A DNA stretch of 64,000 bases from the human T2T-CHM13v2.0 reference genome, Homo sapiens, in the NCBI RefSeq assembly GCF_009914755.1, contig NC_060925.1. One strand, written 5' to 3'. Under the pieces are notes generated by a model. That model made no database searches, had not been told where the DNA came from, and was given only the letters and a program-made list of their open reading frames with translations. Below, in pieces: positions 43,651-57,395 of the stretch. The position numbers were made by a program, and so were the translations under genes. Each line of letters begins with the position of its first letter. Position 1 is the stretch's first letter.

Positions 43651-46600
43651 GACTCCCTAGTCCTTCAGAACACATATAAATCTTGTAGCTGGAATTATTT
43701 GTGTAATTGTGAATGTATAGTCTGACTTACTCCACCCCCAAACACACATACACACACACACTTAAGCTCTTTCCAGGGAGGAATTATCTGTTTTGTTCTC
43801 TGCTGAATCCCCAGTGCCTATCACAGGCTCTTGAATATAAATATCTGTAAAATAAAGGAATGAATGAATGAGTGGATATATTCAACAGATATGTGTGCAG
43901 ATACTACTATTATGTAGATAGCAGTGCTTGGTTTGGGAGATGTAAAGATGAATAAGACAGGGTCCTGAAGAGAGGCGGACACAGAAACCAAGGGCACAGG
44001 AGCCCAGGGGAATGATTCATTCTGGGAAATTGTGTTTCTTCTGGTCCTGCATTGGGAAGACAGCTCTAAGGAATATGTACAGAGAGCTGCAGCCCTGAAG
44101 ACCTTCATCACCTCCTGCAAGATCCAGCACATAGATCTCCACTCAAGACCTTGCACACTATTTCCTCTTAGACAATTGCATATTGCATTTCTGTTCTGTT
44201 TTATTCTAGAAGAGTGGCTCATAGTAAGTTAAAAATATACCAATGTGTCCACAATTTCAGTGGAACAGATGACTCACAGTTCAAATCACATGAAGGGAAA
44301 TGATTATAAGTCAGCTGTGAACTTATTGGTTCCAGAATAATTTAAGGCACTAGCCTGCCTAGTTCAATGAAGACACTGGTGGAATTTTTTCCATATGTGG
44401 TTCATAATCACATGTAGAATTGATTTCCCAGTCTCCTCAGGAGCCTTTTGATGTTGCTATGTGGTGCTATAACATTAGAGAGGCTATGTAATAGTCAGGT
44501 TCAATATTTTTTCCATCAGTGAGGGCACCAAAGGAGAGAGATCAGGTTCCTTCTTTTCTGTGTTCACATTCAAACTTCCAGTCATGGGGCTGTGAAGAAG
44601 GGAGTGCTCTCAGCTCATAATAGCCACTCAACAAATTATTACCAGATCCTATTTTCCTAACAACTAATGAGAAAGTGGTATGTGCCACTAAAAAAGAATG
44701 GTGAACACTTCCCCAGGGGCATAAGTTATGCCCATCTATTAGATTTACCTTCTCTCAGGAGGATGCCCAGGTTGGGCACTCCACCCTATGACTGAGGTAA
44801 AGGTGAAGGTGCAGCTGCTATATGTAGAAACGGTTAAAATAGGAAACAAGTTTATATCACCAGTTCCCTCGTGCTAATTTGGGTCAAGTATTTCAATGTG
44901 AAATGTCTCATATAGAAATTTAGCAGTGGGCAATGGCAATCAGCAGACTGTTTTCCAAGGGTCATTTGGGTAATATAAGCCTTCTGTATAGAGTAAAATA
45001 ACTAAGAATGCTGGTTAAATGAAGATAACAGATAAATAAAGAAAAAATGCATATCAAATCTTAGAGAATATGGGAAATATGCAGCAGAGATATTCAATAA
45101 AAAATCTTTTGTTAATAAAAGATATACAATTCTAGAGAACCTGGAAAGTAAAAAATAAGTTCTTTGGCAGTATTAACAACAACAAAAAGGGGGTATTTAT
45201 GCTATATAGTGTGTTTTGGCTGGTAGAGAGAGATAAAATGACCAAGATCTTGAAATTCAATGTCTAGAGGTGCTAAATCAACAGTGTTTTAAAACTCCTG
45301 CTAATGACCAATGCAGAAACAATACAAGAAAGCAAACATACTCTATGCTTCAGTGCATAGAGTATGAAAGTATATCTGTGAATTGGGATTAATACGGTAG
45401 AGTTGTTCACAGAGTTCATTGGAATCATTTGTACATATTCATATGTAAACTCATATTATACATAATTCAGAGTAGAGATGATAGTTTCTCCTGTGAGAGG
45501 AGGTATGATTAGCAGTATCGGTGGACATGTAAAACTATCTGCAACTGTCTACTGGTTTGGTTCCAGTACCTGTGCTCCTTGCCTAGTTGTTGATGACTGC
45601 CATGAAATTGGCGATAGTTCACCATAAAATCATATTTACTCCTCAGAGAGCCTAGGCATTTAGTAGAGATCAATGACATTTACTAATATTTGCACAAACA
45701 CAGAAAGTGATTTTGGTAATAAATGATTTAAATTATTATGTATTCTCAAAGTCCTTGAAATCAAACTTTCTAACAACAATGAGTACCAAATTGCTTCTAT
45801 AAATATATTTTTTATGAAGATTCAACATATTTATTGGATGAGTGGTCTAATGGCATATGAAGCAAATTAGATTACAGCGAAATCCACTCTTCATTCAATA
45901 ATTAAAACATTCCTAAGCTCTAGATGCTAACATATTTTCAAGTATTCAAGACTTTAGAGAGATGGTTCAAACAAAAATAAGCCAACAAACCCATGTTTAC
46001 TAAGAACCAGGGTAACAAATACAGCTTAAAAACACCCACTTTGAAGGTGCACATAAGGACTTATATCAGCTGGTTTTTATATCTGGTTCATTATCACCAT
46101 TTCCAATTTGCTTTAGAATCAGCTTCCTGAAGAGAATGAGAAGGTAAATGTGGGGAAGTAGAAGTAGCAAGGGCTGACTGAGGGCTGGCCATGGAGAAAA
46201 CTGATCATCCCTTTTCCACACTCCCTTAGGTTCTTTTCATTTCAAAGTGAAGATTGCATCACCACATCTTTCTCAAGCTCAAATGACAAACTATTGCTAC
46301 AGTTATAATGTTTTTGATGCACTGATATTAATTACCATTCTTATTCTAGTACTCCATGTACCTTGCTTCATAAAAGCATATTTTTAAAAAATGCTGCAGG
46401 ATTTTATGGGAAGCAGTTATTTCATGATGCAGAAGCCAAGAAAGCTTTATGAAGAAGATGATATTTCAACAAGATCCTTGAAGCAGGAAGAATTTAGCCA
46501 CGCAGAACTGGGGAGGTATTCCAGGCAGACAGACTACTCAGAGCATCAGACAAGTGCACCCAATCAATTCAACGTGCATTTACAACGAGGGAGAGGGAGT

Positions 46601-47369
46601 AATGGTTAATGAGGATCAGGGTCTTCAATGATAGATTAAGAAATTCAGTAGGCAATGAATTGGAATTTGGAGGCTGAGAATTAGATTTAGTTTCAACTCT
46701 GCACTTACCAGCTCAATTAACCCTCACAACAATTCAGTGAGCTAGGGATTAATATGCTCATTTTCATAAAGGAGAAAACTGAGGCTTGGACTCGTTAGTA
46801 AATTGTGGACATCAGATAGCTGAGTAAGAATGAGACAAGGCTAGAAATTATGACTCCACAGCCTATGCTGTTTCTACTCTGTTTTTATAGTCTCTCTGGT
46901 TTAGTAGCCTTTTCCTTTGGGGAGATCATGAGCATTTTGCCACACTGGCTATGACTTTGTTTCCTAAAAACCTAGCACAGTGCTTGGCATATAGTATGTG
47001 ATCAATAAATGTTAGCTAAATGAAACTATGGATATCTAGCAACCCATTGCCACGGCAGAAGTGGAGCACAGAAAAGCCAAGGCTGAAGATAAACAGGTAA
47101 AAACGTCGCCTTCTGAGAGGCCATTGGTGTAACTATAAGATAGATGAGTTGAAAGGTGTTTAGAATACATTTAAAAAGTATTTAATGAATACTTCAGACT
47201 GAGCATAAGAATACTTTTTCCTTTTACTCTTATCAAATTGTAGATATGAAATGCCAGGGTGATTGTCCCCATGAAGCCACCAGGGCCATGTTAGGAAACA
47301 CCTTCTTTTGAAAGTGGGTGCTCAGGATAACACAGATATACAAAAACTTCTCTTCTGCTTTCATAAAAG

Positions 47370-47817
47370 TGACAGAGACAGGAGATAACCAAGGATCCCC
47401 GGCGAAATCCCACCTTCAAGCCTAAAACAGCCTGAAGGCTGACAGAGCAGACTGCTGGTCCCAGATGAAACCCAGACCCAGAGGGAGAACTGCCCCTGTT
47501 TACCCACCCTTTCTCAACTAATTCTTTCTGAATAGTGCCCACATGAGCACTGGGGGGATGGGGTGGAGCCACAGGAATTCGTTCCTTGCGCAGCAGGGAG
47601 GAGCCTGGCCTCTTCAGCCCATGGGTGGTGGCCTGGCGTTCTGTTCAATCTGTGAGGTGGGAGCCTATTAGCAGGACCTCTTCTTTTTTTGCTGAGAGCT
47701 TTCTTTTAATAAATTCTGCTCTCCTCACCTTTCAATGTGTCTGCATGCCTAATCTTTCCTGGTTGCAGGACAAGAACCTCGTTTTAGCTGAACTAAGGAG
47801 CAAAAATGTCTGCATCA
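47370..47817 (+). mobile_element. ERV1 solo LTR, MER61-like
   Basis: TG...CA ends; 4-bp TSD AAAG (47366-47369, 47818-47821); AATAAA near 47708; ccttcaagcctaaaacagcctgaaggctga motif. Confidence 0.85.
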
Positions 47818-48828
47818 AAAGTAGTTCCAACATTGAGACTTCCAACATTTCATTAGCATGAAATAATCTTAACAAATATCACCTTCCAATTTCTGAAAAT
47901 TACAAACAAGAATATTGTGGAAGACAAGAGGAACACAATACAACATTTCCTTAAAAGGAATATGCCATGGGCTTGTGTTGTATTTTCTGGAGGTGAGATG
48001 ATTAATGACCTCTGAGAATCTATTTGGAGCTTGTAATTTGAAAATAGATTAACTGATGAGAAGCTTTGTTTTGATCCAAATAATGGAAGTGTAACAACAG
48101 GCTAGTTTTTAGAAACGGCACGAACAAGCTCATAACAATCTTTTTCTGTCCTAATGATTGCGATTCTGTAAAACTGGTGACCAGGGACAGCTGGATGGGA
48201 AGGACACCTAGCACCAATTATCAGGGATTAGTAGACACTCTATTTGTTTGATTTAAATTGCATCCTGTTTGTTAGCTACAGGCATGAGAGATAATCATGA
48301 AGGCAATTCAAATACTCGAGCACAAATCATAGTCATGAATAGAGAAACTTGGGTCTATAACTTGCTGCAATTAGTCTTCTTTTCCCCGACATCTCAAGAT
48401 TAGTTAATGTTGATAGAATTTGAAAATGATAACCCTAGAAAATAACGGAGCAAATACATTTACAAATTCAAAGCACATCAAGCAATGGGGCTGCATATGC
48501 TCACAAAACAGAAGTAATATTTAAATGTATTATAAATTATTCAAATCATAATTTTAGAGTATTTATTATGTACATGATAAACTGCATAAGGGTAAACCAT
48601 GAAGACACATTTTTGGGTCAAGGCAGATGAGAAAAACAAAGGTACATAAATAAGGAAGAAGGCAGGATAGAGGTACAAGTAACATTCTAAAGAGGATAAA
48701 GGAAGAAATCACTTAAATCCATTAGGGCTAAATAAAGATGGCTTTTAGAGAGAAGGTTGTCTTTAAATGGAGCCTTGGAGGTATGGAAATATTTGACTAA
48801 GTACAAAACAGGAAACTAATTGTATTTG

Positions 48829-48915
48829 TCAGGTTGGTGCAAAAGTAAATGCAGTTTTTGCCATTAAAAATAATTGCAAATGGCAAAAACTGCAATTACT
48901 TTTGCACCAATCTAA
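48829..48915. mobile_element. MADE1 (Hsmar1-derived mariner MITE)
   Basis: Inverted repeats aggttggtgcaaaagtaaatgcagtttttgccatt / aatggcaaaaactgcaattacttttgcaccaatct around a short AT-rich spacer. Confidence 0.95.
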
Positions 48916-50199
48916 TATTTAAGTGTAAATAGCCATGTGACGCTAGTGAGTACCATAATGGATGGTGAAGAAAATGGTGGCCACTCAACATTTTTGCACA
49001 AGAGAGGGACATTCTTGGAGAAATGTTTTGGTATTAGTTTTCCTCTGCACAATCTAAAATGTTGATTTATTTGGGGAAGGGACCTCTTTAACTTAATCAC
49101 TACTCATATATCTCCAATAGATCTTTAATTTTATGATTTCATCTGATTAGAAAAACAGTGTAAATGTTAATTGTATTGCAGAAGGACAATTAATAGAAGA
49201 AACGTGGTTAAACAGACTAGCTAAAAACAGGAACAGATGGTAAATTCTGGTAAGTTTTAAAATTTTCCAGCACACCAACATGAATGCCTTGTGACTACTG
49301 AGAAAAAACACATTTTATTCCTTGGATGGAAAGATTTTATCTTACTCATCCTCGGCTGATTAGTGTATGCAACACTAATACATTGTTCATGAGACATATA
49401 GTAAAGACAAAAATAAGCAATGTAAACAACTCAGAAGGGCATACTGGTCCTGATACATATGTATGACTTAGAAATTTTAGGCCTCTAGGCTCAACAGAAT
49501 TGCTGCTTGTCAATAATGATAAAAATAATAATATAATAAAAACTTAAATGTGTTATTTGCATTCTGTGAAAACAAATTTTTAAAAATCTGTTTTAAAAAA
49601 TAATCTGTTAAAAATGATCTGTTCGTTTTTCTCTAAGACCTCCAAAAGCTTTTAGTTCTAAGCATATGTTAGAATATTTCTTTAAATCAAAACAATAATG
49701 TTTCTCTCTGTATTTTACCTGCAGCTTTGAAACTTAGAGGGTCTTTGGAGTTCAAGTTGCTCCCTTATTTATATCTATCATAGCCAAGTTAGGATTACTG
49801 GTTGATGGATGAAGACTAGATTTGATGGAATTACAGATTTCGCATGGGCAGGTAAAATATTCGTGCAGAATGGACATTGAAGTTCTAAAACATTTAAGTT
49901 GAAAGCATATCCTGAAGCAAGTGTAAATTCCCCTCTTCCACTTGCACAGAGGTTGTACAATGTGTGAGTCAACCTAACATGTAGGTTACCTTTAGAGCTC
50001 AAATGGCTGCTATAAGCCAAGGGTTGCAGATGAAAATGAAGAAATACGGTCAGTAAGCAGTAGGGAGAACCTACCATCTGCCAGACTCCCTTCAGAGCCA
50101 GTTGTCCTGTTGCTTCTCTGGGTTGCATAGAGTTCTTTACCATCTAACTATTAAATAATTTTGTAAGTTAGTAAGCCTCTTGAGGCCAATTAATTGTCT

Positions 50200-50995
50200 C
50201 CACACTATCCTCAGGCCAAAAACCATGAAGTCATACTTGAGGATTTCTTTTTCTCTCATATACTACATCCAAGCTGTCAAGAAACCCTATTTGTTCTATC
50301 TTCAAAATATATCTAGGATTTAACCAGTTCTCATTGTCTCTGCTGCCAATATTTGAGTCCATGCCTTCGTCACCTCACACCTGAGTCACAATAGCCTTCC
50401 AAGTGTTCTCCCCACTCCTACCTTTTCTCTCTTACATATACCTAAACCAGCAGACAGAGAAGCCTTTTAAAATGTAAGTCAGATCATATTAGTCTTGGCT
50501 TGAAACGTTTCTCTAACTTCCCATTAGAGAAGAACTGACAATGGTTTACAAGGTCCCAAGTGCTTTGGCCCCATTCCTCTCTGTTCTTCTCCTTCCTCAC
50601 CCTGTTCCTGCTACACTAGCCTCCTTGCTGTTGCCAGAAAGTGCCAGGAATCTGCCCTTGCTAGGACATTTGAAGTGGTTGCTCTCTCACTTTCTCAAAC
50701 CTTTGCTGGAATTTCACCTTCTCAATGAGGCCTTCCCTGACCACTCTGTATAAAACTGAAGCCAGCCTTCTAGTTCTCCTTACCCTCCTCTACTTTTCCT
50801 TTTCCCATGGTATTTATCACCATCTAACAACAATTTCATATACTTGTTTATTATATCTGTTGCAAATTATCTCCTGCTCCTAGATAAATGCTCCATGCAT
50901 GTGTTTTATTCACCTACGCGCCTGACAGCACAGCAGTGCCAGCGATGCCTGGCACACAGGAGATGCACAAGAAATATCTGTTGACTGAATGAATT
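50200..50995 (+). mobile_element. L2 LINE 3' part
   Basis: atcttcaaaatatatct...tcacctcacacctg...gccttccctgaccac...aaatatctgttgactgaatgaa. Confidence 0.82.
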
Positions 50996-51366
50996 ATCAT
51001 AAAACACTATTTTCATTGTGACTCGTAAATCATGTATTTATACACCATTATATTTCTAGACATTACGAAGACATTGCTTGAGCTAGATTTTCTCAGCACC
51101 TAAACATACTCCTACATGGTAAATCAGGAATCTCTATATATGGCATTTACTCTTTCAAGCCATCATGGTGTAATTTTTAAAGACTTCAACATATTTGTTT
51201 TTTAAAATAGAAAGTTTACTTTTTCCTGCTAGGGTACCTTTCTAAATTTCTTTGGCTGAGTCCTAAGCATTCTATAGATACAGCTATAGATATTTTATTC
51301 CTCCATTCATCTGTACCTATCATGACTCAGGGAAACATTCCCACCAAGAGTCTGAAGGATGCCTAG

Positions 51367-51715
<349 letters not shown>

Positions 51716-53799
51716 CCTAATGGTTATTCTTACTCCCATTTCCTCAGCTGCTTCCACAGAACAGACCTGGAGCCTCTGCCCCCTTGTTTCAAATCAACAA
51801 CTCTGATTTTCGTCATCAGTTATCACTAACTGATATGTTCTTGTTTATGTCCTTCTTTGTATTTTTTAATCACTATGTGATGTTGTCTATGCATTTTTAT
51901 TTGCTTATTGTTCATCTGCACTTCTTACACACACTCTTCATAGAATTTAAGTTCCTTGACAGCAAGGATCATGTCTGTTATTCACTGCTATATCTCAGAA
52001 CCTAGCACCCTCTCTCAAGACGTGATGACAAGAGAGTCTATCCGAAGACATCCGACATGCAGTAACCATTTTGATTCATTATAGCTTGCAGGAAAGCATT
52101 CCCAAATAAACAAAGGGCCAAGGGCCATGAGCCTTCTATATACCCACACATAGAATTTCATCACAGGGAATGAGAGGCCAGCTTTCCCACAGCAAGGATG
52201 TATTTAGTGTTCCTTGTCCTTTCTCTTTCCTCTCTTTTGAACCATTAGCTTGGCTTTTAAGCATTATATCTCTCTCATGTAGCCCCTCCCTACAAAGCCA
52301 CAACTTCCTTTGCAAAAGTAATTATGAACATCTTCCTCTTTCACGCATCTCTCTCCACCCTGGCACACACCAAAATACACTAATTGTCTCTGCATAAGGC
52401 TACTTGAAAACTTGCCGTATCACCATTTACTACATTTTTCAGGCTATCTACAATTTTTAGTGCAGTGCAGTCTTTCTTATCCATTCTCTTTTTACAAGCA
52501 AGTTGCCAACACTTGTCCGGTAACACTAAAGTACACTTAGAATTATGCATTTCTTCAAGGGAAGACAGGTGAGCCATGCTCTGCCAGATTCTTGTCTGCA
52601 AAGGATGACCTTGAAAAGTCCTGGAGAAACTGGCCTTTTCATTCCTGCGTGTTCACCTCCACTGTGCCTGCTCACAAAGGAAGCCTTAATGCCACGGACC
52701 ATTGTACTTTTCAAGCATCATTGCATAGGGAAGAGACACTGCCTTCACTACTGCCATAGCCAATCTTAAATAAGCTAAAGAAATACTAGAAGTTGGGACT
52801 GTAAGTGAAATGGCATATTCTAAGGGCAAAAACCAATTTCCATGGAACTGAAATACCTGCCTCGTTTAAGGCAACCATATGACACACGGGTTCACAAGTG
52901 CTAAAAGTTCATTTACTCCCTCAGGTAAAACAAAGCTGCAGCTGTAGTTAAGGCTTGAGCTGCAGTTGTTTCCGGAACAAGAAATAGAACCAAGAAAAGA
53001 TCTGCAAAGAAGCACTTGAAATGGACATTCAGACTCTATAGTTTTTTAAAGCAGTGGCAGCGTTGCTTCTTTCTCCAGCCAGACCCCAGATACCAGTGCC
53101 TACCAAAGTGTCCTCTCTCACACACCCTCCTACAGTGTTAGGCTTTGTGGGAAGTTAGAGATCATATTCTCCGGGGGCAAGGACTATCTCCCAAATAGGC
53201 AATGTGAAGACATCTTAGCAGGGAATTGAGTCATCTTGGGAGCTAGGAGGAAGATGGGTTACACCTTAACAATGGTCTGCAGCAGGAAGATCCATTAACC
53301 ATTATGCCTTAGCGCACCCACTCATACTCACTCATATTCCCCCAGGGGTGCTCTGATACGACACTGTCCACGGACTGCACACTCTTCAGGTCTAATTAAT
53401 GATGCCCACCCTCCCCACCTACTAAACACATTTGCAATTTAAGCATCTCTAGCTCTCCACTACCACCCACCTTTCTCCTCCACTGTCCCTTCTTCTCCAT
53501 GGAGATAATTAACTAGTTGACTACTTATTAGTCCTTCAGTTGATTAGGATTTCAGGCTCACACTAAGGCCTTATCCTAAAGTCTATAAAGATTTGTGACA
53601 CCGACAGGGTAAAAATTCGAAACCAGCTAGCAAAACTTTCCTGAAGGATAGAGATACTCAAGATCTAAAAATTATCTGAAGGGTTGGATTCCACACCATG
53701 AATCCCCTTTTCCCCCTTCCCCACAGCTCCCTATAGTGAAAGATCCGTAACCTTAGGAATAAATGATAAATCCTGTGACTATTAGGTTTTTCCTGGGAG

Positions 53800-55350
53800 T
53801 TCCTCGGAGACCCGGAGGTAACCGTGTATGTGCGTGCGAGTGTGTCTGTGTGCGTACAAGGTCCGGAGAAGCGAAACGGTCGCAGGTTCCTACAGACCCC
53901 GACCCTGTTCCCTTGGCCACCTGGTCCCCGGTAGCTGCATCCCTGGGCGGCGCACGCAGTGAAGCGTCGCGCTCTGGCGCCGGTGCCGCACCGAGGGGTA
54001 TGACTACGACCCCTTGCGCGTGCCCGCCCCCACCTCCGCACCTCGCGCCAGCCCGCGCAGCGTGACCGGCAGCCGCCGCAGACCCGGCTCGGGGAGGCGC
54101 GGAGCGCGGCGCGCTGAACCGGAGAGGCGGGCCGGCTGCTGCCTTGCGTTCGCCACGCTGTCCTCCCTCCTCCGCTCCCTGCGCCCCACCCCTGGCGGCC
54201 GCGCTGCCTGGCAGCCCGGGAAGCCGCGGCACAGCTGCTCGGCGCCTGCAGCTCCGGCTCGGGGGCTGGAACCGAAGCGGGGGCGGCGGGAGCGCGGAGA
54301 CCACAGCCCCCGGGGAGAGGCGGAGGGGGTCCCTGGCCTGGGCGGAGAGGCTGAGCTGAGTGCGCGTGAGAAAGAGGGCTGCACCGCTGCTCGGCGCGGA
54401 CTCTGCCAGCCCCAGCTTCAGCCCCGGCTCAGGTCGCCGCAGCCCGGGAGCCTCCCCGCTTGCGCCCCAAGGCACGCGCGGCACAGCCATGAACACCAAC
54501 GATGCCAAGGAGTATCTGGCCCGGAGGGAAATCCCTCAGCTTTTTGAGGTAGGGCTAGAGCTGGCCGACGGGCGGTAGCATCCGGGGACTGCATCTCAGG
54601 GGTTCGGGTTGAGGCAGCCGCGCCCCGTCCCACCTTCCCCACACGGGGCATGTAATGAAGGGGCTTGTAGAAGCGCACTCGCCCGCTCCCCCGAGGGTAG
54701 TCGCCTTTCCCGCGGGTTGCCAGGGTCCTTGTCAGAAGGCTGGGCTTAGAAGCCTGCATCTCACAGATCAAGTTTCAGTCTTCCAGCAGGGTTCTGAAAG
54801 CAGCCTGCTCCCATCGCGCCCCTCGGATGTGGACACCCAGGGTGGGCTGCAGACCGCGGCCGGGCCGCACTCTCTGGGGGCGAGGGCCAGGTCAGGTGGC
54901 TGCACTGTCGCCCAGCAGCGAGTAAAGACTCGAAACTGAGGGAGCCAGAGCCCTAGTCACTCTGCTGGTCGAGGGTCGGAACCCCTGGGGGAAAGAGGAA
55001 ATGTGGACGAAGGCAGCCCTTCCTGGAGACAGCTTGGAAGAGAGGGATGAAGATGCAAAAAGCAAAACCCAACCTATCAAGTGCCACCTCCCCGGTGACA
55101 GGCCCCCAGCCTTGCTCTGCGCTTTCGCTGAATGAACTCCTGAGCACGTTTTTCCCGTTGCCTAGGAAGGGTTGGGCCGCAGGTTTCGCCAGTGCTCGAC
55201 AACCCACCTGGAGATAGCGGGTCGGGGAGGGAGCTGCGAGGGGGGCGGACTCCTGTTGCTCAGTCTTCAGACCGCAGCACAGCATCATCTGCACCGGGAC
55301 CCGGGAATGGGGGGACACTTGGAGACTGAGAGAGAGGAGGCTCGAGGAAT
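53800..55350 (+). promoter_or_regulatory. AK5: CpG island promoter and 5' UTR of AK5
   Basis: Abrupt rise in GC and CpG against an AT-rich, CpG-depleted background; GC box cccgcccccacc at ~54022; no obvious TATA box; spans exon 1. Confidence 0.92.
54489..54548 (+). CDS. AK5: Adenylate kinase 5, coding part of exon 1 (MNTNDAKEYLARREIPQLFE)
   Basis: ATG at 54489 in context cagccATGa; 20 codons match the recognised AK5 N-terminus; phase-0 donor GAG|GTAGGG at 54549; lies within the CpG island. Confidence 0.96.
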
Positions 55351-57199
55351 GAACCTTGGTCTGTTCTAAGCCACAACCCCTGTCTCAGGTCGTTTGGCTT
55401 CCTTTCCTTCTCTTTGTATTTGAATTTAAAAACATTCCTGAATCTCAAGTGCTTTTGCTTGAAGTAGGGGGGAGGAGGAGAAAAGAATAGAAGCAAGCCA
55501 GGCTTCCTAAGCGAGCTCTGAAAGGAGAAATCCATTCACTGCAAACCTCGTTCCCCATTTCTGAAAACGGATAGACTGATATCGTAAACTAAAGGTCATG
55601 AGGGTTTTTCCCCCCGGTTTGGGGGATTTGTTCTGTTAAAAGGAATTTTAAAGCACCACTTGAGAAAATAATTTTGCCTCAGTTTCCCTAAACTATCTTT
55701 AAAATGGGTTGCCATAATTACAGGTCTTCTTTTCTCTCACCTCTATAAGCCACCGTTTTCAGGTCATCTGAAGTCAAGATTTCCAGGTAAACCACTCACT
55801 GAACTCAAGCGTGGTATGTGAAGCCCAAATCTAGCAAATGTGTTACTCCTGCCTGAAAATAATTAGGTGGTGTTGCATAAGGACAGGTCTTGAGAATATG
55901 TGGGAATCTTAAGAGTTGTTTTTTTTGTTTGTTTTTATTTTCAAAAAGTAAATATGGAAATTAAGAGGCGAAGGTTTTTCTCACAAAGATTACTACTGAG
56001 ATATATTTCATTTCTATGCTTCTAAAAGAATCATTAAAAACATCTGTAGGAGGACCACGTGATTGCAAAAATTCCTACATAGTACATCTTTTTTTCTTTG
56101 TAAATGTGGGTACTGTTTTTCCTCCTTGGTGGAAGGTAACCACAGAGAAGTTTGATAGTTTATTAAAATCTACACTGTGCATGCAAATAAGTTATGGCAG
56201 GCCTTTTTGTTAAGGTTTTATGTTTCTTATTTACTTTTCTGCATATGAATGGGATAAATAATGCACACCCAGAAAAGGAAGTCAACTTGCTTGGGTGAAA
56301 TACAGTAATGGACTTAGATTCACTTGTGGACAATGAGAAGATGGAAGTAGACTGCTGGTGACCTCAAAGGCTACATCCTTCAGTAAGACGAATCTGTGCT
56401 ATGCGCAGCTCAAGAGGGAAGGAAAATCTGGCAGTTCTCCATGTGATTAGTGTAGACTGTAAAACTAAAAACTTTAGGTTTTTAAAATGGATTTTGCCCA
56501 CCACAATATTTTAGGTGTACAAAGTTTAACAATTAGCTGTCTACTAAACACCAAGACATTGGCCCCAGCTGTGGATTTTAGACGCTATTACAGACAAACT
56601 GACTGATTATTGTATTGACGTATTGTCAGACAAGTAAATATATCTAACTGACCTTTTCAGATTTTTTCCTAATTTGAGACATCATGTAAGCTAAATGGAA
56701 TATGGGATATCTCTGGTACGTTCATGTTTGAAATGTGTTTCCAGTTTTAGACTTTTTTAAACCCACTTTCTTATTATTTTGTCATGAGTTCTTAATTCTG
56801 GCTAACCTTATGGTGTGTATATTGATCTTGTAGCTTACAGCAGAGATTTGGCAATCAATTTGAATACTGTGGAAAGTCAGATTATTCAAGGTCTCAAAGG
56901 GTTCACTCAGAGACTGAGCAATAATATGTGCTGGTTGTCTTCAATCCCTGATAGTGGCTGGCTATTAGAAGAAAAGATTTGAATTATCCGTGAAGGAATG
57001 GAGCTCATTGTCCCATTTTAAAATCAATGCCCTTTGGTGAACCAGTATTGTTTAAGGACGCTGGAAATGTATATTTTCAGAAAAGAGTCATTGAGAGTGT
57101 TCACCCATTTCAGGCAATAGTAGGGATAAAAAGAGGGCATTTTGCAGAGGGCACAGAGAATCTCATGTTTTCTTTTATCTCATATCACGTTTCTGCAAC

Positions 57200-57395
57200 A
57201 GGTACAGAGAAGAACATATGGGTTTTGGAATTGGAAACATTGAATTGAAATCCTGGGCCTAGGAGTTTCTAGTTGAGTAAACTAGAGCCATCACTAATAT
57301 CTCTGAGCCATGATTTCCTAATCTATAAAATGGGGATAATAAAGTCACACAGGGCTGAGAATGCACTGGGTATGCAAATAAATATATGACACAGA
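57200..57395 (+). mobile_element. MIR in AK5 intron 1
   Basis: ctctgagccatgatttcctaatctataaaatggggataat. Confidence 0.7.

Noticed and set aside
47530-47560. p53 element in the MER61-like LTR
   Set aside because: Some MER61 subfamilies carry p53 sites, but I see no paired RRRCWWGYYY here (cccacatgagc only).
53345-53380. REST/RE1-like half-sites (ggtgct, ctgtcc, acggac); another cgctgtcc at ~54156
   Set aside because: Half-sites are not in canonical order and spacing, so no full RE1 can be supported.
53658-54771. Long overlapping ORFs (251 aa minus, 177 aa plus and others) across the promoter
   Set aside because: Ala/Arg/Pro/Gly-rich frames expected in a CpG island depleted of stop codons; no recognisable domain.
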